Source: Fidelibacterota bacterium
GTDB taxonomy: Bacteria; Fidelibacterota; Marinisomatia; Marinisomatales; S15-B10
Assembly: GCA_046861655.1 (NCBI GenBank)
Contig: JBHIAI010000035.1
Location: 1-15,341, forward strand
Length of the DNA: 15,341 nt
Reading direction: 5' to 3'
The number at the start of each line of letters is the position of its first letter. Within the stretch, counting starts at the first letter, position 1. Position numbers and translations under genes: made by a program. Positions 10,679 to 15,341 of this stretch are shown here, one piece after another. The notes under the pieces are model-generated. The model had not been told where the DNA came from and did no database searches. It saw nothing but the letters and a program-made list of their open reading frames with translations.

Positions 10679-10861
10679 CTACAGAATAACGTTTACGATT
10701 CGTGACAGGACCAAATCCACCAGGAACAGGAATATCCCCAGCAGCAACGACAGTCCCAGCACCACCGCGGTGGAACCCCGGAGTTCGTCCCAGGTAGGCC
10801 AGGACACCTTCTTCATTTCGAGTCTCACGCCCTTCAGGAATTGTTGGACTTTCTTAATCAC
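10679..10861 (-). CDS. secE: Preprotein translocase subunit SecE (single-TM type)
   Basis: EMKKVSWPT motif followed by one hydrophobic segment; lies between tRNA-Trp and nusG; GTG start. Confidence 0.96.
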   Translation of the reverse strand: MIKKVQQFLKGVRLEMKKVSWPTWDELRGSTAVVLGLSLLLGIFLFLVDLVLSRIVNVIL

Positions 10862-10887
10862 CTTGAGCAGAAAAAGCGTACCTGTCG

Positions 10888-10960
10888 CAGGTGAGGCAGG
10901 ACTTGAACCCGCAACCGCCGGTTTTGGAGACCGGTGCTCTGCCAGTTGAGCTACTCACCT
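10888..10960 (-). tRNA. tRNA-Trp (anticodon CCA), 3'-CCA not encoded
   Basis: Cloverleaf: acceptor AGGTGAG/CTCACCT, D-arm GCTC..GAGC, anticodon arm CCGGT-CTCCAAA-ACCGG (anticodon 10925-10927), T-arm GCGGG-TTCAAGT-CCTGC, discriminator G followed by CGA. Canonical position upstream of secE. Confidence 0.97.
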
Positions 10961-10976
10961 AGTTCTTCTTTCCCCG

Positions 10977-11141
10977 TCAACGGGTTTCCCTGTGAAGGGT
11001 GTGACTCCGGCAGGTGGGACAGTACTTTTTGTACTCCACCCGGTCCGGCTGCGTCCGTTTGTTCTTCGTGGCGGAGTAGTTCCTGTGATGGCATTGTTCA
11101 CATTCCAATCGAATGATGTCTCTCCTGCTGGAGCCTGCCAC
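10977..11141 (-). CDS. rpmG: 50S ribosomal protein L33 (bL33), Zn-ribbon (C+) type, 54 aa
   Basis: Not in the ORF track (short). Manual translation is [54 protein letters not shown], with two CxxC motifs, RNY..TKN and KKYCP. GTG start 3 nt after the tuf stop. Confidence 0.96.
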   Translation of the reverse strand: MAGSSRRDIIRLECEQCHHRNYSATKNKRTQPDRVEYKKYCPTCRSHTLHRETR

Positions 11142-11144
11142 GGT

Positions 11145-12335
11145 TTATTCCACGACCTCAGTGACCACGCCTGCGCCCACGGTATGGCCCCCTTCCCGGA
11201 CGGCGTACCTCAGCTCCTTCTCCATGGCGATCGCTGAGATCAACTCCACCGTCAGTTCCACGTTATCCCCGGGCATCACCATCTCCGTCCCCTCAGGCAG
11301 GGTCACCACACCCGTCACATCCGTGGTCCGAAAATAAAACTGGGGACGGTATCCATTGAAAAAGGGCGTGTGACGACCCCCCTCCTCCTTCTTCAGAACG
11401 TACACGTTCGTCTTAAACTTCGTGTGAGGCGTTATACTCCCTACCTTCGCCACCACCATCCCCCTCTTCAACGTCTCCTTCTCTATCCCACGCAACAACA
11501 ACCCCGCATTGTCCCCCGCCTGGCCCTGGTCCAACTCCTTGCGAAACATCTCCACCCCCGTCACCACCGTCTTGCGGGAAGGCCCTAACCCTACAAGCTC
11601 TACCTCATCCCCTACCTTCACAACACCACGCTCTATCCGGCCTGTCCCCACCGTCCCCCGGCCCGTAATACTGAATACATCCTCCACAGGCATCAAAAAC
11701 GGCTTGTCTATGTCCCGAACCGGCTCCGGAATGTACTCATCGATCGTCTTGATCAACTCGTCCACACTCGACATGGCCTCATCATCCTCAGGATGATTCA
11801 ACGCCGCCAGTGCACTCCCCTTGATGATCGGTATCTCATCCCCAGGAAACTCATACTCCGTCAACAACTCCCGTAACTCCAACTCCACCAACTCAATCAA
11901 CTCAGGATCATCCACCATGTCCGTCTTGTTTAAATACACCACGATCGCCGGCACATTCACCTGCCGAGCCAACAATACATGCTCCCGCGTCTGGGGCATG
12001 GGTCCGTCCGCCGCCGATACCACCAGAATCGCACCATCCATCTGAGCCGCCCCCGTGATCATGTTCTTGATGTAATCCGCATGACCCGGACAATCAATGT
12101 GAGCATAATGACGATTCTCACTCTCATACTCCACATGAGCCGTCTGAATCGTAATCCCCCGCTCACGCTCCTCAGGAGCATTATCTATGGAATCAAACGT
12201 CCGAACCTCCGACAATCCCCGCTGAGATAAACGCATCGTCATCGCCGCCGTCAACGTCGTCTTTCCATGATCTACATGACCAATCGTACCCACGTTTACA
12301 TGAGGCTTCGTCCGCTCAAACTTTGCCTTTGCCAT
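11145..12335 (-). CDS. tuf: Elongation factor Tu
   Basis: [73 protein letters not shown] at 12341-12347. Confidence 0.99.
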   Translation of the reverse strand: MAKAKFERTKPHVNVGTIGHVDHGKTTLTAAMTMRLSQRGLSEVRTFDSIDNAPEERERGITIQTAHVEYESENRHYAHIDCPGHADYIKNMITGAAQMDGAILVVSAADGPMPQTREHVLLARQVNVPAIVVYLNKTDMVDDPELIELVELELRELLTEYEFPGDEIPIIKGSALAALNHPEDDEAMSSVDELIKTIDEYIPEPVRDIDKPFLMPVEDVFSITGRGTVGTGRIERGVVKVGDEVELVGLGPSRKTVVTGVEMFRKELDQGQAGDNAGLLLRGIEKETLKRGMVVAKVGSITPHTKFKTNVYVLKKEEGGRHTPFFNGYRPQFYFRTTDVTGVVTLPEGTEMVMPGDNVELTVELISAIAMEKELRYAVREGGHTVGAGVVTEVVE

Positions 12336-12340
12336 GACTC

Positions 12341-12347
12341 CCTCCTT
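12341..12347 (-). promoter_or_regulatory. Shine-Dalgarno site of tuf (AAGGAGG)
   Basis: Immediately after the fusA stop, 5 nt upstream of the tuf ATG. Confidence 0.85.
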
Positions 12348-14447
12348 TCACCTTCCCGCCAGGGCGGGATTGCCGTGAAGTTTTTCCACGATCTTGTCGC
12401 CTAGGACCGGGGGAACCGGTTCGTAGGAATAGAATTCCGAGGTAAACACAGCCCTGCCCTGGGAAATGGACCGGAGGTCCGTAGCGTACCCGAACAAATC
12501 ACTCAGAGGGACAACGGCCCGGATGATCAAAGCGTCCTTCCGGTGGTCCGTACCCTGGATCTCGCCCCGCCGTGAATTCAGATCGCTCATCACGTCCCCC
12601 AGGTACTGTTCCGGCAACACCACCTCCACCTTCATCCTGGGCTCAAGAATCACCGGTTGGGCCTTACTGCAGGCCTGTTCAACGGCGATGGATCCCGCAA
12701 TCTTGAACGCCAGTTCCGATGAGTCAACGGGATGGTACGAACCATCCACAAGTTCCACCCTCACGTCCTCCATGGGATACCCCGCCAGAATACCGTTCTT
12801 CAACTTCTCCTGGATCCCCCGGTCCACGGACGGGATGTATTCTTTCGGGACGGCTCCTCCCACAATCTTGCTCTCAAAGTGGTATCCCTTGCCCGGTTCG
12901 TTCGGTTCCACCCGGAGTTTCACGTGACCGTACTGACCCCGTCCCCCCGACTGGCGGATGAACTTGCCGTCGGCCTCTGCACTCCGGGTGATGGTCTCCT
13001 TGTAGGCAACCTGGGGTTTACCCACGTGGGCATTCACACCGAACTCCCGGCGAAGCCTTTCCACCAGGATTTCCAGGTGCAGTTCTCCCATCCCCGAGAT
13101 AACCGTCTGGCCCGTTTCCTCATCGATGGAGACGCCAAAGGTGGGATCCTCATCGGACAGCTTGGCCAGGGCCCCGGTCAGGATTTCCTGCTCCGCCTTG
13201 CTGGCCGCCTCAATGGCCACGGACATGACAGGTTTCTGAAAATCCATGGCTTCCAGAATGATGGGGGCTGAAGGATCGCAAAGGGTATGACCGGTCTTTA
13301 CCTGCTTGAGACCCACGGCAGCGGCGATCTCTCCGGCACTCACTTTGTCCCGGTTTTCGCGTTTGTTGGCGTGCATCAGAAGGATGCGGCCAACCCGTTC
13401 CTTTCTTCCCGTGGTGGTGTCCAGAACGACCTGTCCGGCGGACATCGATCCGGAGTAGACCCGGAAGAAGGTCAACCGTCCCACATACGGGTCTGTCGTG
13501 ACCTTGAACGCCAGGGCGCTCAAAGGCTCCGATTCAGATGGCGCCCGGGACAACAAGATATCGGTATCTTCAGGGGCGTGACCCACGACCTCAGGCACTT
13601 CCAGGGGAGAGGGGAGATAATCGACCACAGCGTCCAGCAAACGCTGAACACCCTTGTTTCTCAGAGCGGCACCGCACAGAACAGGAACAAAGGCGTTGTC
13701 CAGACACCCCTGGCGGAGGGCCTTCTTTATTTCTTCTTCCGTCAGATCTTTCCCGGCGAGGTACTTGTCCATGAGCACTTCGTCATAACTGGCACATTCC
13801 TCCACAAGATGACGGCGGGCCTTTTCCGAGGCTTCCTTCATGTCCTCGGGGATATCCATGTACTCAAAATGAGTCCCCAGGGTGGATTCGTTGTACACGA
13901 TAGCCTTCATCACGATCAAATCTATGAGACCGGCGAATAGATCCCCGCTCCCGATGGGAAGCACCACGGGGAGGGGACTGGCCTTGAGCCGTTCCTTCAT
14001 CATCTTCAGAACGTTTTCAAAGTCGGCCCCCATTCGGTCCATCTTGTTCACGAAAGCGATCCGCGGAACACGGTAACGGTTCGACTGGCGCCAGACCGTT
14101 TCACTCTGGGGCTCCACGCCCCCCACGGCGCAAAACACAACGACCGACCCGTCCAGAACCCGCAGCGACCGCTCCACTTCGGCGGTGAAATCGATGTGAC
14201 CGGGGGTATCTATGATGTTAATTCTATGCCCATTCCAGAAGGTGGTGGTGGCCGCCGAAGTGATGGTGATGCCCCTTTCCTTTTCCTGATCCATCCAGTC
14301 CATAGTTGCGGCACCCTCATGGACTTCACCCATTCGGTGGACCCTGCCGGTGTAGTAAAGAATCCGCTCGGTGGTGGTGGTCTTCCCGGCATCGATGTGG
14401 GCCAGGATACCGATATTTCTTACTTTGTCAAGAGCGTAGGACTGCAT
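12348..14447 (-). CDS. fusA: Elongation factor G
   Basis: [74 protein letters not shown]. Confidence 0.99.
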   Translation of the reverse strand: MQSYALDKVRNIGILAHIDAGKTTTTERILYYTGRVHRMGEVHEGAATMDWMDQEKERGITITSAATTTFWNGHRINIIDTPGHIDFTAEVERSLRVLDGSVVVFCAVGGVEPQSETVWRQSNRYRVPRIAFVNKMDRMGADFENVLKMMKERLKASPLPVVLPIGSGDLFAGLIDLIVMKAIVYNESTLGTHFEYMDIPEDMKEASEKARRHLVEECASYDEVLMDKYLAGKDLTEEEIKKALRQGCLDNAFVPVLCGAALRNKGVQRLLDAVVDYLPSPLEVPEVVGHAPEDTDILLSRAPSESEPLSALAFKVTTDPYVGRLTFFRVYSGSMSAGQVVLDTTTGRKERVGRILLMHANKRENRDKVSAGEIAAAVGLKQVKTGHTLCDPSAPIILEAMDFQKPVMSVAIEAASKAEQEILTGALAKLSDEDPTFGVSIDEETGQTVISGMGELHLEILVERLRREFGVNAHVGKPQVAYKETITRSAEADGKFIRQSGGRGQYGHVKLRVEPNEPGKGYHFESKIVGGAVPKEYIPSVDRGIQEKLKNGILAGYPMEDVRVELVDGSYHPVDSSELAFKIAGSIAVEQACSKAQPVILEPRMKVEVVLPEQYLGDVMSDLNSRRGEIQGTDHRKDALIIRAVVPLSDLFGYATDLRSISQGRAVFTSEFYSYEPVPPVLGDKIVEKLHGNPALAGR

Positions 14448-14449
14448 CT

Positions 14450-14914
14450 TTATCGATAATGGGCAAAAGCCTTGTTGGCTTCTGCCATGCGGTGGGTATC
14501 TTCCTTTTTCTTGATGGCCCCACCCTCGTTATTGGCGGCGTCGATGATTTCCGCTGCCAGTTTTTCCTTCATGGACCGGCCCCTGCGCTTCTTGGCCTGA
14601 GAGATAATCCAGCGTGTAGCCACGGCATAGCTTCGATGCCTGGCTACTTCCACCGGCACCTGATAGGTGGCGCCCCCGATTCTGCGGGATTTCACCTCCA
14701 GAACGGGACGAACGTTTTCAAGGGCTTTATGGAACATGTCCAAACTCTCCCCCTTGGTACGGGAAGAAATCAACTCCATGGCGCCGTAGAAGATCCCTTC
14801 AGCCACTCCCTTTTTCCCCCGCTGCATCAGGTTGTTGATGAACTTCTGGACCATTTTGTCCCCGTACTTCCAGTCCGGAGCCACCTGTCTTCTTTCGGGA
14901 CGTCTTCTTCTCAT
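14450..14914 (-). CDS. rpsG: 30S ribosomal protein S7 (uS7)
   Basis: [38 protein letters not shown]. Confidence 0.99.
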   Translation of the reverse strand: MRRRRPERRQVAPDWKYGDKMVQKFINNLMQRGKKGVAEGIFYGAMELISSRTKGESLDMFHKALENVRPVLEVKSRRIGGATYQVPVEVARHRSYAVATRWIISQAKKRRGRSMKEKLAAEIIDAANNEGGAIKKKEDTHRMAEANKAFAHYR

Positions 14915-14916
14915 GG

Positions 14917-15288
14917 CTACCTCGGACGTTTCGCACCGTAACGGGAGCGACTGGTTTTCCGGTCCATCACACCCGCCGTATCCATGGTTCCACGGACGAT
15001 GTGATAACGGACCCCCGGAAGATCTTTCACCCGGCCCCCTTCGATCAAGACGATAGAATGTTCCTGAAGATTGTGACCTTCACCGGGAATGTAGGCGATC
15101 ACTTCGATACCGTTCGTCAGCCTGACCTTGGCTACCTTTCTCAAGGCCGAATTGGGTTTCTTTGGCGTTGTGGTGTAAACACGCGTACACACACCCCGCT
15201 TCTGGGGATTATTCCCCAGGGCGGGAGTGGATCGTTTCTTTCGTTCCTTCTTTCGTCCCTTGCGAACCAGCTGGTTGATCGTGGGCAT
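14917..15288 (-). CDS. rpsL: 30S ribosomal protein S12 (uS12)
   Basis: [56 protein letters not shown]. Confidence 0.99.
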   Translation of the reverse strand: MPTINQLVRKGRKKERKKRSTPALGNNPQKRGVCTRVYTTTPKKPNSALRKVAKVRLTNGIEVIAYIPGEGHNLQEHSIVLIEGGRVKDLPGVRYHIVRGTMDTAGVMDRKTSRSRYGAKRPR

Positions 15289-15296
15289 GTTTCAGG

Positions 15297-15303
15297 CTCC
15301 CTC
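15297..15303 (-). promoter_or_regulatory. Shine-Dalgarno-like site of rpsL (GAGGGAG)
   Basis: 8 nt upstream of the ATG at 15288. Confidence 0.7.
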
Positions 15304-15310
15304 TGTGGTC

Positions 15311-15341
15311 CTAACCGGCCTTTTCCTTCTCGGTGACTGTT
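15311..15341 (-). CDS. rpoC: Probable last 10 codons and stop of rpoC ((E)TVTEKEKAG*), split by the window boundary
   Basis: The minus strand at 5..1 reads GGT GA. Adding the complement of 15341 gives GAA, followed by ACA GTC ACC GAG AAG GAA AAG GCC GGT TAG. The charged tail matches the preceding EEEEEMAG, and the stop lies 22 nt before rpsL, the usual neighbour of rpoC. Confidence 0.85.
   Translation of the reverse strand, partial: TVTEKEKAG

Noticed and set aside
2617..14392. Short minus-strand ORFs in alternative frames inside rpoC, rpoB, rplA, tuf and fusA
   Set aside because: They are out-of-frame shadows of intact genes, with no protein-like features or independent support.
190..15336. 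Many plus-strand ORFs, up to 527 aa (1578..3161; also 4276..5238, 6418..7425, 9161..10093, 9811..10689)
   Set aside because: All lie antisense to conserved housekeeping genes and show no recognisable motifs. Long antisense frames are an expected by-product of GC-rich codon usage.
1..15341. Reading the circle as a novel plasmid, minichromosome or phage carrying the transcription/translation core
   Set aside because: There is no replication, partition, integration or structural gene, and no non-coding space for an origin. A tuf-bounded loop explains the structure completely.

Overview
A bacterial core transcription/translation cluster, all on the minus strand: rpsL-rpsG-fusA-tuf-rpmG-tRNA-Trp(CCA)-secE-nusG-rplK-rplA-rplJ-rplL-rpoB-rpoC. 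RNA polymerase indels suggest an FCB-group (Bacteroidota/Chlorobi/Marinisomatota-like) organism, which is an inference. The main observation is that the window appears to close on itself. rpoC runs off position 1 mid-codon and continues in frame at position 15341 to a TAG at 15311-15313, 22 nt before rpsL. This makes a 15,341-bp loop with a single tuf that has a tufA-type upstream neighbour and a tufB-type downstream neighbour. That is the product expected when two directly repeated tuf copies are collapsed by an assembler, or recombined in vivo. The tuf gene also avoids C-ending codons almost completely, unlike its neighbours, except in its last ~20 codons. Intergenic space is minimal, leaving no room for the classical ribosomal-protein leaders. 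I found no mobile element, CRISPR array, accessory gene or new protein family.
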